Shown in pieces: positions 8,381-18,503 of a DNA stretch of 64,000 nt; the first letter of the stretch is position 1, and every line of letters begins with the position of its first letter. The position numbers and the translations under genes were made by a program. The notes below the pieces were generated by a model, which saw nothing but the letters and a program-made list of their open reading frames with translations, did not search any database and was not told the DNA's origin. Location: IMG/VR virus record IMGVR_UViG_3300050581_000229, one strand, 5' to 3'. This stretch comes from an uncultured virus (IMG/VR IMGVR_UViG_3300050581_000229). Its lineage: Duplodnaviria; Heunggongvirae; Uroviricota; Caudoviricetes.

Positions 8381-8850
8381 ATTAAGCGGGCAGGCCATAA
8401 AGCCTGCCCGCGCTCTCACACCATCAATCTTCTTCGATCCACACGGTCTTCCCCATGACCTTTGCGCGGCTGTAGGTGTGCATCGTCCCCTTACTCTTAT
8501 TGTGACAAAGCGCAAAGCAATGCGTGCATTCTTTCGTCATCACGTCATCGCGTATACGATATGACTTAACAAGCAGCGGGAAATTCCTCCCTGTATTCGT
8601 GGTTCTGCGTAGCCTTCCGTATGCACCATAGACCGTGACTGGCACCTGTAATTCATCGCAAGCCTGGATAACTGCGGCATCCACGCCTTCCGCGTCCCCA
8701 ACGATTACTTCCCCGGCCTGGCTCTTGGCGTATGCAACAGCGTCATGCGCTCGCTTGAGTAGTCTTGGGGTTGCTTTGCGGCTACCTGTGATTAGCAACT
8801 TCATGCCTCTCCTATTAAGCGGGCAGGCTTTATGGCCTGCCCGCGCTCTC
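8381..8850. repeat. 37-bp direct repeats (8381-8417, 8814-8850), each a GC-rich hairpin, flanking the SLOG gene
   Basis: ATTAAGCGGGCAGGC-[CATAAA or TTTATG]-GCCTGCCCGCGCTCTC. Confidence 0.9.
8424..8804 (-). CDS. SLOG-superfamily (YspA/DUF2493-like) protein
   Basis: LLITGSR, VIVGDAEGVDAA, RDDVM, SKGTMHT. Confidence 0.8.
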   Translation of the reverse strand: MKLLITGSRKATPRLLKRAHDAVAYAKSQAGEVIVGDAEGVDAAVIQACDELQVPVTVYGAYGRLRRTTNTGRNFPLLVKSYRIRDDVMTKECTHCFALCHNKSKGTMHTYSRAKVMGKTVWIEED

Positions 8851-9208
8851 TAGTCAACATATGTGAAGTGCTTGCGATGCTCTCTGTCTCGCGGATCGGG
8901 AGTCCAAGGCTCATCCCAGACAGTCTTCACTTCCTGGTCATCCACGATGAGAACAATGGCCTTGTCGGTGTCGGGGTCATCGAGTGTGTGGCCTTTCACA
9001 GCCACCTTGCCCTTTGCTCCGGGCCGATCCAGCCCACGCTTTTCCGCCTTTCTGATCCCACGAAACACATCCTCTTCGGAGATTCATGCGTCTCGCGGCG
9101 TGCTGGCTGATGCGGATAAGGGCAACTGACTCCGAAAGCAATGGGAATAAGCCAATGAGGCAGATTGGAAAATAGTGAGGTAACTGCGAGCATGATGCTC
9201 CTGTGAGG

Positions 9209-9249
9209 AAAAATAAAAAGAGGGCAAACCCAAAATAGGTTTACCCTCT
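9209..9249 (-). terminator. Intrinsic terminator
   Basis: Minus strand hairpin GAGGGTAAACC...GGTTTGCCCTC followed by a T-rich tract. Confidence 0.75.
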
Positions 9250-9358
9250 CTGCCTTTTACCCGGTGCGGGGCTAGTGCTCACGGTTGCAGTTTGAACGGC
9301 AGAGCCGCCGAGCCGAGAAGTCTAGCTGGTTGCACTAGCTCAACGTACTGGGATTATA

Positions 9359-9793
9359 TCAAGATCGACGCCAGATAACTACGTTATCGCGGAGCACACT
9401 GATGATGGGAAGCACCTCATCTTCAGTGAGCCCGCCACACCCTATCCCCGGAAACGGTAGAAATATCGTGTAGTCGTAATGCTCACAAATCCACAAGAGC
9501 TTTGAGGTGGAATATTGGATAAGGTCCGGGCTGGACGGTTCACGCCAGTTGTACTTTGTTTGGAATGCACCGAGCAGCACACTATCGTAGTTTTGCACCA
9601 GGACTCCATACCTGGGACCGTAGGTGTGTACTGCAATCCCAAACAACTTGTCTATCCCGCCGTGGCGACGGCACATCTCTTTTGCGCTGCCCTTGCCCAT
9701 GACAAGCCTACCGTCGTGAGTGAGTGTTGAGTTTGTGGTGCAGAAATACAAGTCTGCGGGTTCGTCCCACATATTGCCGGTTTTGAGAATCAC
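9359..9793 (-). CDS. Macrodomain protein (ADP-ribose binding or hydrolysis)
   Basis: GNMW..TTN....G.LVMGKGSA..FQTKYNW..LPFPGIGCGGL. Confidence 0.85.
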   Translation of the reverse strand: MILKTGNMWDEPADLYFCTTNSTLTHDGRLVMGKGSAKEMCRRHGGIDKLFGIAVHTYGPRYGVLVQNYDSVLLGAFQTKYNWREPSSPDLIQYSTSKLLWICEHYDYTIFLPFPGIGCGGLTEDEVLPIISVLRDNVVIWRRS

Positions 9794-10782
9794 ACTTCCA
9801 CCTCAAGCTCGTAAAGCTTTGCCTCTGCTTCACCTAGCTCCCTTTGAAGACACTCGACTTCGCGGCGGAGCCTTAGATTCTCTCTCGCTGTTTCCATCTC
9901 TTCATTCATGTAGTGCATGGCGAGAGCATGTTGGAAGCAATAGGCTTCAGCGGCGTAGTCGGTAAACTCCCAGATATTGTGGTCATTGCGATAGGCAGTA
10001 AACGACCGTTTATACTTCTCAAGATACGCTTTGTCGATTTCGATCACGCCCCTATCGACTCCTTGATGAGGTGCTTTATCGCGGCGGAAATCACATCCTC
10101 GAGTGTCCCGTAAACATCTCGCGGGCCAATGCACAATTTCCACCTGTCATCGCATCGGTGCATGTATATCCCACTAACTTCTCTGCCCAATCCAGAAATC
10201 CACTGTACTGAGATGAAGTTCTCGTTGTGCGGGGAAAGCCTTTTGGATACACCGAACTCTTCGAGTATCCCGTTCGCCTCGTCTGTCACACAAGTGACTT
10301 CTGCCAAGCGCTCGTGTGCGATGCGATCTGCGCATTGCTTCCTTTCCACCTGCTCATCGCGATACTGCACAAACTCTTCTTTATTTAGCATAGCGCTCCG
10401 AGAGTTTGTTGATATACGCCAGAACCTCATCGAAGTTGTATCTGGCATCCACAAAGATGATGTACTCATTCGCATGGAGCCAGGACGATACTTCCCCAAA
10501 AGTCTTCAAGTGCTCAGCAAGCCCGGGTGTGCTATAGAACTCAATGGTGGGCTTGTTCGCACTCGTGACCTTAATCGAAGTCTCCATTTTGGGCGCACTA
10601 ATAATCACGGTGTCAAAAATCATCTGATCTCCTTAAATGGGGCTGGTTCATTAAGACAAGGCTGTGTCGCGGGCCGCATTGACCACGGTCACTACCATCT
10701 GTAGAACCATTTACCACTCACACTCAATTCGTGGCACCCAATCTGTTATCCCCATCGCGGTAGGGGAATGCAATACTGCCTG

Positions 10783-11229
10783 CTATGCCAGTTCCCGAAT
10801 CCTCAATCTCCCCTCAAAGTGTGATGCGTCTGAAGGATTGCGGAGATACGCGATGGTCTCACCGTCATTCTCCACCTCATACCATCCGCGACGAACATGG
10901 GGGCGTGGAGTTGGCAAATGCCGGGGAACCAGCATGAGGTTGCAGCCGCGATTGTCGCTCTTGTCGCCATTCACATGCCCAATCTCGAACTCCTTCCCAA
11001 GCACTTTATCTCCCCACATCGCATACGCGATGAACTGAGATACCTCGATAGTCGTAGTGCCGCCATCTCCCCTTGGGACACTGATGTTTGCGTGCCCTTT
11101 CGTTGTATAGCTGGTAGCCGGTTTGTCTGTCTGTTTGCTCCAATACACCAGCCCATCTTTCACATCCACGAGAATTTGCCCCGTATCCACCAGGGTCTTG
11201 AGCAACTGTCTGTGCAATTCCGACTTCAT
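10783..11229 (-). CDS. HNH endonuclease-like protein
   Basis: EIGHVNGDKSDNRGCNL. Confidence 0.75.
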   Translation of the reverse strand: MKSELHRQLLKTLVDTGQILVDVKDGLVYWSKQTDKPATSYTTKGHANISVPRGDGGTTTIEVSQFIAYAMWGDKVLGKEFEIGHVNGDKSDNRGCNLMLVPRHLPTPRPHVRRGWYEVENDGETIAYLRNPSDASHFEGRLRIRELA

Positions 11230-11277
11230 ACCTTCTCCTTGAAATAAAGGGGGAGCCATAAGCTCCCCCACTTTGCC

Positions 11278-13878
11278 TTAAAACCCTAATGACGCCCAGT
11301 ACGCGGCGTCATCTTCACTGTGATGATTCGCAGCGACGTGCTCTGCCACACCAGCAGGGATTTCAATCCGCGAATCATCTTCAACCGAAACGGTAGAGAG
11401 TTCATGGAACGTCTCAGCCACGAAAGACGCTCTCTTGCTTGGAGTTCCATCGGCCTTCTTTACTGGCTTGAAACTGACTAAATAGCGAGTGCCAATTACC
11501 GGAGTAGCATCGCTCTGTGCGATGATCGCGTACTTATCCAACGCATTGCGATGCTCATCGAGGAATTGGAGCTTCACCGTGCGCTCTCCGCGCCGAGTGA
11601 TAACCTCGCGGGCTTCGGTTACAACCTGATCTTTTGGATATATGGTGCGGCCATACACTATTCCACTAAATACAACTGGCTCCTTCCCAGGTTGATAGTC
11701 CTGGCGGATTAGATCGAAGCAAATGTCCGGCAGCGCGGCAAAGAACAGGCTCCCTTTACTGTTTTCAGACTTCGTGAAGCATTCCCACAGGCCGGATGCA
11801 GCGGATTCCAGCTTCTCGCGGCTCCAAACACCTACCACGCTGGCCCAGGTATTGCGCCAGGCTTGGAATATTTCATGGCGGCGGGAATCCACATCCTCCT
11901 GGCACTCATACATCTGGCTTAATGCCTCTACTGTCTGTTTGTAGAAAGCAACTGCTTGGTCGTGCCCCTCGCCAGAGCGAACCTTGATCCAAGACGCAAA
12001 CTCATTGTTTGGCCTTGCGGTCCAATTCACCACCGGCATGTCCTGGTAGAAACGCTTGCCTAATGGAGTTCTATCGCTCACGAAGTGTGTAGGATTGATA
12101 ACTGTCCCGTATTTAATTGCCTCAAATACGGTATCTTTGTACTTTGCCGCGATTTCCTTGTGCTCCATATCGCATACAGTCCACGGATGGACCTTGCCGT
12201 TGCTTAACTCACGGTGAGCCACGTCGTTCTTGGTGATAAACAACCGAGCCCACTCGCGGATCGCGTTGACCAGATCGCGGTCCGGCGCACTAAACTTCTT
12301 AGCCGAATCCACTGCCTTCTGAATCTCTTTGCAGAGAATTGCAGTAAGCAGGCCCACAAAACCATTGAGACTTGTTGGAATATCAGCTTTAGGATCGCGT
12401 GCAACCAGCATCTTGCGGAGCTTGGCAAGTTCAGGGCATGAGCGCATGTTCATCCCAATGCGATACGCTGTCACAAGGTCGGAGAGCGTATTGTTGGGCT
12501 CACCCACGTTCACCGACATCATGGTAGCCAATGCGTCGGCGCGAGATTGCGGGGTTGGAGCCTGTTCTGCGCGAACCTTATGTGGAGATGTCTCAGAATT
12601 AGCACGCAGCCAGTTCCACCACGCTTCCGTGGTTGGGCTCCCAACGGCAACGAAGTTGCCTTCGTCACCATCGAAGTCCAGCGCAGCGCGGTTGCAGGTT
12701 TTGTTATTAACGAAGAAGCACCCTTCCGGGGTATTCACGTCATTGACACATTCCACCGCAAACGCAGCGCGGGATTCCACAAATGGATTGCGGATACCAA
12801 CATACTTGCCTTCAACCAGGCTCATTGGGTTGGTGCGGATGACGCCATCGGGGAGCAGGTGATCGCACTGGGCCATGAGACCTGTGCCGCGCATACCGCC
12901 GGTAAGTACGATGCGCAAAGCCATCTTCGAGATAACCCCTTCGATTTGGCGGGTAACGCCCGTCATATACAGGAGCTTGTTATTCCCGATGTCTTTGCAC
13001 AACTGAGATAGGGACTTGAGGATGGTGGTAAATGCAACTTCGTCATCCTCATCGCGGATTTCTACCGCTTCAGCGAAGGTCTCTGGATCGCGGCTGATCT
13101 CCCAAAGGTGCTTTATCGCGGCAGGGGAATCAACTGCAATCGCGTCATCAACGGCCTTTGGGAACTTCTCTGCCACCTGATAGCCAATCTCAGACACATG
13201 AGCTTTGGCGAGTCTCACAACGCCCAATGGGAACTTGGTTTGGAAGAACTCGGGCAGTTCCGCGAGATTGCCTTTTACCATGCTCTTCGGGAGCACGAGA
13301 TCGACACCATCCGGCAGATCGGCGGGAGCAACAGTGCCCTTCACAACCACGCCGGTAGCTCCGAAATCGAAGCAACCGCGTACCTGGCCGACGCCATAGA
13401 GACCAGCCTTTGCACCCCAGGACTGGCGATACAAGCCGGAGCCATCGCCACACATCGGGTAATCATCCGCAACGCTCTGCACACCACCGGCAATCATGTG
13501 GATTGAAACGCATGGAGTGAACAGCACTCCCAGGCGGATGATGTCTTTGACACCAAACCAGCCGTCGAAGTGCGCGGCAGTCTCATCGTCCACGGCATAC
13601 AGCATGGACGACTTCGCAGACGAATTGGCATTGATAACGCGGTAGTGCAATCCTTCGTGCTCGATCCCTTGCTCTGTCAGGACTTTGAGCGCGGCAGGCA
13701 AATCGCCTTCCTCGCGGAAAGCCTTGAGATTCAGGATGATGTAGCGTGCGCCGAGTATGTCGATGAGCTTATGGAAGTATTCGATACGCTTGGTTGGGCT
13801 CCCAACCGTGAATGGAGCACCAGGATTTAAGGTAAGAATAGTGATCTCGCGGGCGATATTAGTTGTAGAATCTTGCAC
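11278..13878 (-). CDS. Single-subunit two-barrel RNA polymerase, YonO / eukaryotic-RdRP-like
   Basis: GDGSG (D145), QVRG..VVKG..LPKSMVK, GIRNP (R363) and DFDGD (401-405) in canonical order; GTG start with AGGAG RBS. Confidence 0.9.
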   Translation of the reverse strand: MQDSTTNIAREITILTLNPGAPFTVGSPTKRIEYFHKLIDILGARYIILNLKAFREEGDLPAALKVLTEQGIEHEGLHYRVINANSSAKSSMLYAVDDETAAHFDGWFGVKDIIRLGVLFTPCVSIHMIAGGVQSVADDYPMCGDGSGLYRQSWGAKAGLYGVGQVRGCFDFGATGVVVKGTVAPADLPDGVDLVLPKSMVKGNLAELPEFFQTKFPLGVVRLAKAHVSEIGYQVAEKFPKAVDDAIAVDSPAAIKHLWEISRDPETFAEAVEIRDEDDEVAFTTILKSLSQLCKDIGNNKLLYMTGVTRQIEGVISKMALRIVLTGGMRGTGLMAQCDHLLPDGVIRTNPMSLVEGKYVGIRNPFVESRAAFAVECVNDVNTPEGCFFVNNKTCNRAALDFDGDEGNFVAVGSPTTEAWWNWLRANSETSPHKVRAEQAPTPQSRADALATMMSVNVGEPNNTLSDLVTAYRIGMNMRSCPELAKLRKMLVARDPKADIPTSLNGFVGLLTAILCKEIQKAVDSAKKFSAPDRDLVNAIREWARLFITKNDVAHRELSNGKVHPWTVCDMEHKEIAAKYKDTVFEAIKYGTVINPTHFVSDRTPLGKRFYQDMPVVNWTARPNNEFASWIKVRSGEGHDQAVAFYKQTVEALSQMYECQEDVDSRRHEIFQAWRNTWASVVGVWSREKLESAASGLWECFTKSENSKGSLFFAALPDICFDLIRQDYQPGKEPVVFSGIVYGRTIYPKDQVVTEAREVITRRGERTVKLQFLDEHRNALDKYAIIAQSDATPVIGTRYLVSFKPVKKADGTPSKRASFVAETFHELSTVSVEDDSRIEIPAGVAEHVAANHHSEDDAAYWASLGF

Positions 13879-13979
13879 GATGACTCCTTATGAACTTGGG
13901 GTTATCGGGAGAGTTGGGAACTCTCCGAGGAATGGGAAGGCTCTTGCTGCTAACAGGGGCCTTCTAAACTAGGGGTAAC

Positions 13980-14216
13980 ATGAAAAAGACACTGTATCTC
14001 GTTGCGCTATTTCTCGTGGTTATCAGCTTCTCGCTGACACCGCCTAGTGGACTAATCACAATGGCGATTGCCATAGTGATCTTTGGGGCTCTTTTGGCTA
14101 TCAATATAGATATGCCTCACAAAACTCCCGAGGAAAAATCTGAACTCTTCTGGCGGCTTATGGTGCTAGACGCAATGCGCGATCACGGTAGCCATAACGA
14201 CAACCATAAATCTTGA
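13980..14216 (+). CDS. Small two-TM membrane protein (moron-like)
   Basis: Two hydrophobic segments; opposite strand to its neighbours. Confidence 0.6.
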   Translation: MKKTLYLVALFLVVISFSLTPPSGLITMAIAIVIFGALLAINIDMPHKTPEEKSELFWRLMVLDAMRDHGSHNDNHKS

Positions 14217-14219
14217 GTT

Positions 14220-14657
14220 ATGAAGAAATCTAAGGTTATAGTAACGGCGTGCGTGATCGGCACGCTTGGTCTTGCTGTATTGCTTACCACGCAAAGTTAT
14301 ATCTTCGAGCCCCCGCAGAATCTTGCAATGCGCTTTATTGAGAGGAATATAACAAAGGCAGATATTACTGTTGACAGTCTATATGGCCCTGAACTTCAGT
14401 GGAAGACGCTTTGGGCCATGTGTAGTGTCTATGGTCCATGTACATATCCTGTCGAAGGTCAGGTGGTTCGTGATGGCCCTAATGGAACTACAGAGATAAC
14501 AATCATATTCACGCCAACATCTTCCAAGACAGATAACTTCATCAATCGAAGAATGGGTGCATTCTTTAGTGAAGAGAAAGTTGATGGGCATTGGTCGCTT
14601 AGGTGTGCAGAACTCTTGGATGTCAACGAGTTAAATCGGCATGATATATGCAAGTGA
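14220..14657 (+). CDS. Membrane-anchored or exported protein (moron-like)
   Basis: MKKSK plus hydrophobic N-terminus; AT-richer DNA. Confidence 0.65.
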   Translation: MKKSKVIVTACVIGTLGLAVLLTTQSYIFEPPQNLAMRFIERNITKADITVDSLYGPELQWKTLWAMCSVYGPCTYPVEGQVVRDGPNGTTEITIIFTPTSSKTDNFINRRMGAFFSEEKVDGHWSLRCAELLDVNELNRHDICK

Positions 14658-14928
14658 CGCACTGAAGGAGAAATAGAGTGTTTTGGGGAATCTTTGCAAC
14701 CGTTGTCACACTCGTCTTCATGCTCTTGTACAACCATGAAGAGAAGGGTGAACAAGGCGAAACGGTAGATGAAAGAATGGCGAGGCACCAGCGGCAACAG
14801 GTCGAGGAATTTGAAAGGCGTCGTCGCGCACGCTGGGCTCAGCAACTTAAGAAGTGATTGGGCAATCCGCAGGTCTGTGGTAGCCCAAGGGCATCAGACC
14901 TGCGTGTAACCATTCAGTTGCATAGACG

Positions 14929-15231
14929 CTATTTCCGCGTGCATGGCTTGTGGGCCATGTAGCGAACGCCGCCCTCACGGTTGCGATTGACCGCGAGATT
15001 GCCATCCGGGAAGTGAGCTACCGCGAGGTTCACGAACTCGCCAACTCCCAAGCCCTTTGTCTCTTCGGGCTTGAAACCGAGAACTGTGGCGTATTGCGGG
15101 TTCTTGAACGTCACATGCACGCCCTCTTCGTCGAGGCGGTTCATCTTCAGCCCAACGCGGGCCTTTGTGCCATCCTGAGACAGACGAACGAAAGTCACGA
15201 AACCAGTAGCGAAACCGTACCTTGTAGACAT
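14929..15231 (-). CDS. Hypothetical protein (beta-rich, possibly OB-like)
   Basis: Strong AAGGAG RBS; 100 aa. Confidence 0.65.
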   Translation of the reverse strand: MSTRYGFATGFVTFVRLSQDGTKARVGLKMNRLDEEGVHVTFKNPQYATVLGFKPEETKGLGVGEFVNLAVAHFPDGNLAVNRNREGGVRYMAHKPCTRK

Positions 15232-15252
15232 TTCAATCTCCTTGAAAAATAG

Positions 15253-15279
15253 AAAGGCCCGCGATTATGCGGGCCTTTT
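15253..15279. terminator. Hairpin terminator, possibly bidirectional
   Basis: AAAGGCCCGC-GATTAT-GCGGGCCTTTT. Confidence 0.65.
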
Positions 15280-16551
15280 GCTTACTTAATGCCGTAAATC
15301 GACCAGAAATCGCCTGCTTTGGCGTCCTGGTTCAAATTGAGACAATGCTGGCGGAGCGCACCAGTCTCCATGCAGCCGATCAGCATCCCTCTGTAGAAGT
15401 TATCCTTCAACTTTTGGGTAGCTACGGGCGTTGGCTCCTGAATCGGATTAGGAATACGTGGAGCAATAGCCGTTGGCTTGACTCTCGCGGCACTTGTTAC
15501 TCCTGGTATGCACAATCCAGCGATGAGCGCGGCCACGAGAATCACAAGCACGACGATATGAGATTTGTGTTTCGTAAATCCTCCATAGACAAAAAAGACC
15601 CGCATGATCGCGGGTCTTTCACTGAATACGGTAGATTTACTTAAGGATCGTGGCGTATATAGCACTGAAGTCAGATGGCTTCATTCTGCTCAGCTATTAC
15701 TGGTTGGGACCCCAACTGGTACATCGCGGATATTAACGACCTGCATACTTCCTCGCTTTGCGGCGGTCTGTTAGTCGCTTGCGCTTATCGCGGCTATTGC
15801 GCATGGCTTGGCGCTTACGGCTCCATCGCGGCTGATCGTCATCATCAATTGGCTTATCTGCCCGATTCCCCTCAGCTACATCTATAGGGATAGGATCGTT
15901 GATGCCCGTATCGGCCTTATACGCGGCCGAGGCCACACAACGGGAATGTGTGCCCTTCATTGAGCGGTAGAAGCGCTCATGGCACTCGATGTAGTCCACC
16001 CTGAATCCTTCGCGGGTAAAACAACCATTGGGGCTGGATAGCCACACTTTCGCGGGAGATATTCTCGTAACGCGGCCACCTTCGCCCTCAATATACTGAA
16101 TCTGCTTACGCACCTGCTTCCAGGTGCCCCAGAAGAACGTTGTCCTGTTTCGATAGCGGAGTAGTTTGCTCATAGATGAAGTCGCTTGCGCAGCAATACT
16201 CGTCGAAAGAGACCTAATATGCCCACTCAATCGCGGCACCGATAGCATCAACCGGATGATTCTCTATATGCTCACTGTGCTCGTGATAGAGGATAAGAGA
16301 AGATGAATGGGCTCCTTTGTTATGTAGTGAACTTTTGAAAGAGAGGGGAGAATGGTTATCCCAAGCGGGAGGGGGATTTTATCCCAAGTCACCCCTCCAC
16401 TTGGGATATATTGATACTCTTTATCTCCGTTTACGCAACACTCCCGCAATGAGTGCGCGGCTCCGACTCACTTCTACCGTTCTTGGGGAGCGAGTGCACT
16501 CCCCAGGAGAGCGGTAGATTACTGTTTACTATTTCGCTCTCGGGAGCGAAA

Positions 16552-16788
16552 ATGCAAAACATGAAGCGATACACAGCTAAAGGTGCTGCCAAGGCGTTGG
16601 GGATTAGCCCAAGTACGCTGCGCAGCCGAGCCAGAGTGAGAGGGATTGGGTCTCACCACGGGCGGATGTGGTACATCCGCGAAGACCAACTGCCCGCGTT
16701 GAAAGCGAAGGGTAGACGCGGCAACCCCAACTGGCGCGAGGCGAAGCGTGGAAACCAAGTGGATTGGCGCGATCTCCCAGCCGCGTAG
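16552..16788 (+). CDS. Small HTH DNA-binding protein (MerR/excisionase-like)
   Basis: YTAKGAAKALGISPSTLRSRA..G.MWYI; GGAG RBS. Confidence 0.8.
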   Translation: MQNMKRYTAKGAAKALGISPSTLRSRARVRGIGSHHGRMWYIREDQLPALKAKGRRGNPNWREAKRGNQVDWRDLPAA

Positions 16789-16927
16789 TCAGTCGAACAC
16801 CCGTTCTACCATGCCCGATTTTGGCCTTCCCAGGGCCTACAAGGGCCTTCTACCGTGATGTGCGAGTAAATCTCCATGTGCACGGTAGAGGCCTCGCAAA
16901 TCGCTTCCTGCGCGGTTGGGCTCCCAG

Positions 16928-17224
16928 CTAATAGGGGAGATCAAGGGATAGTGAAACGATCACCTCTGTCGCATCGAGAACGCCAAGTTCTCTCAAACCA
17001 CGCCAGAACCACATATAGGTGTCGCGGCTGACTGGGGTGCCAAGCCCAATCCCGCCATAATCCAGGCCCCACTCGTCCGAGCACACGAAGTAGTTGTGCA
17101 ACGGGTGATCGTAGCCGTGCATCAATTCAACCGATTCGCCGGCGATGGCCGGGGCTTTGACGCCAGCGAGCCTGCAAGCAGAAGACAGTTGTGCAGGGGT
17201 GACAGTTGTGAAGTATTGGGACAT
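16928..17224 (-). CDS. Hypothetical protein
   Basis: AAGGAG RBS; GYDHPL..YF. Confidence 0.65.
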   Translation of the reverse strand: MSQYFTTVTPAQLSSACRLAGVKAPAIAGESVELMHGYDHPLHNYFVCSDEWGLDYGGIGLGTPVSRDTYMWFWRGLRELGVLDATEVIVSLSLDLPY

Positions 17225-17551
17225 GATTCTCCTTGAAAATAGGCATCTACCGCGTTAATGGAAGGGCCATCAGCGCGGTAGAGAAATGTGGATAACAACG
17301 GATTCAGAGCGCCGCTTGCGGCTAGGATGCCACTACGCGGGGACGATCCTGGCCGCGAAGTCGGGAAATTCGTCTGCGAAGGATAGACAATCGGCCAGGC
17401 TGCCGGAAAAAGCGAGCACGCCGTCGAGAAATAGGTTGTACATATTGCTCCTATGCAAGGATCAAAACCGCGAGGATGAACACAACCGCGAGGACGACTA
17501 GAACGCAGCCAGCGCGGGGATTGGCTGGCTGCGCAGAGGGATGAATAAGCA

Positions 17552-18226
17552 TTACCAGGACACCACGTAGCGGATCGCCTGTTGACCGTAGATCGAGTCG
17601 TTGGGGCGGATGGCGGATACGGTGGCCTTGTGCTCTGTAGCGATCTTGTTGGCAGCATCGCTGGCCTGGCTGGGTAGCCCTTCAACGATAACTTCGTGTG
17701 CGCAAGTTGCCATTACAAAGAAACCGGCCTTCATCGCGGGGTCAGAAGCCTTTTTCTGGCTCTCGTGCACAGGATTAACACCATGAGCCGCGAGCCAACC
17801 GCGATAGTCGTGGTATAGAGCGCCATCATTGCCGGTCTTCACAAGCTCCCAGCCAATAGCGCGGTTACAGACCGTGCGATAGAGCTCTCCCTGCTTGGCC
17901 CACTTGTCAGCAAGCTTGCGAAAGGCGCTCTTCTGCCCGGATTTATGGGCATTGGAAGCGTTAATGATCGCGTTCTTAATGCTCCCGCCGATGGCTTCGA
18001 GTACATCGTGCTCGATCAAATGCTCATTCGTGTTGATGGCAGTTGGGCTCCCAACCGCCTGCTTGTCTAGTACGTTGTGGCGTGCATCGCGCATATAGAC
18101 GCCAGCCTTATAGAGAGAAACAGCCTCATCGCGGGTAATCTGCACCTCACGATTGCCACTGCGAGCCATAAAGCGGTTGTTATCGAGGACAACGAAAGAA
18201 GAAACAGAAGAGCAGTTAATAGACAT
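17552..18226 (-). CDS. Hypothetical protein
   Basis: GGAGG RBS before ATG at 18226. Confidence 0.65.
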   Translation of the reverse strand: MSINCSSVSSFVVLDNNRFMARSGNREVQITRDEAVSLYKAGVYMRDARHNVLDKQAVGSPTAINTNEHLIEHDVLEAIGGSIKNAIINASNAHKSGQKSAFRKLADKWAKQGELYRTVCNRAIGWELVKTGNDGALYHDYRGWLAAHGVNPVHESQKKASDPAMKAGFFVMATCAHEVIVEGLPSQASDAANKIATEHKATVSAIRPNDSIYGQQAIRYVVSW

Positions 18227-18263
18227 TATGAACCTCCAAGAGGAATGAGTGGAAATACGGGGA

Positions 18264-18503
18264 TTAGCGGTTGCCAAAGAGGGCGTGTTCTGCCTGCTCC
18301 CTGGTGCAATGAAGCTCACTGGCAAGTCTTTCGTGGGCTTCGCGGCGAATGCGGTCATACACCTTCGCGCTGAGAACGTCTTCGGCGTTGTCTTCAAACG
18401 CCACGATGGAATCAAGATAGTTCTGCGCGGCTCTGCGCTCAGACACGCGACCGAACCCTGATGCGACTACGCGAGCGTGACGAATAGTGCTACGATTAAC
18501 CAT
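18264..18503 (-). CDS. Hypothetical protein, first gene of the leftward arm
   Basis: AAGGAGG RBS. Confidence 0.65.
   Translation of the reverse strand: MVNRSTIRHARVVASGFGRVSERRAAQNYLDSIVAFEDNAEDVLSAKVYDRIRREAHERLASELHCTREQAEHALFGNR

Noticed and set aside
16356..16388. DnaA boxes
   Set aside because: TTATCCCAA deviates from TTATCCACA at conserved positions; insufficient support.
11230..17245. Repeated TCTCCTTGAAA(A)TA motif (~11234, ~15237, ~17228) as a promoter
   Set aside because: It is the reverse complement of a U-rich leader plus AAGGAGA Shine-Dalgarno at normal distance from start codons.
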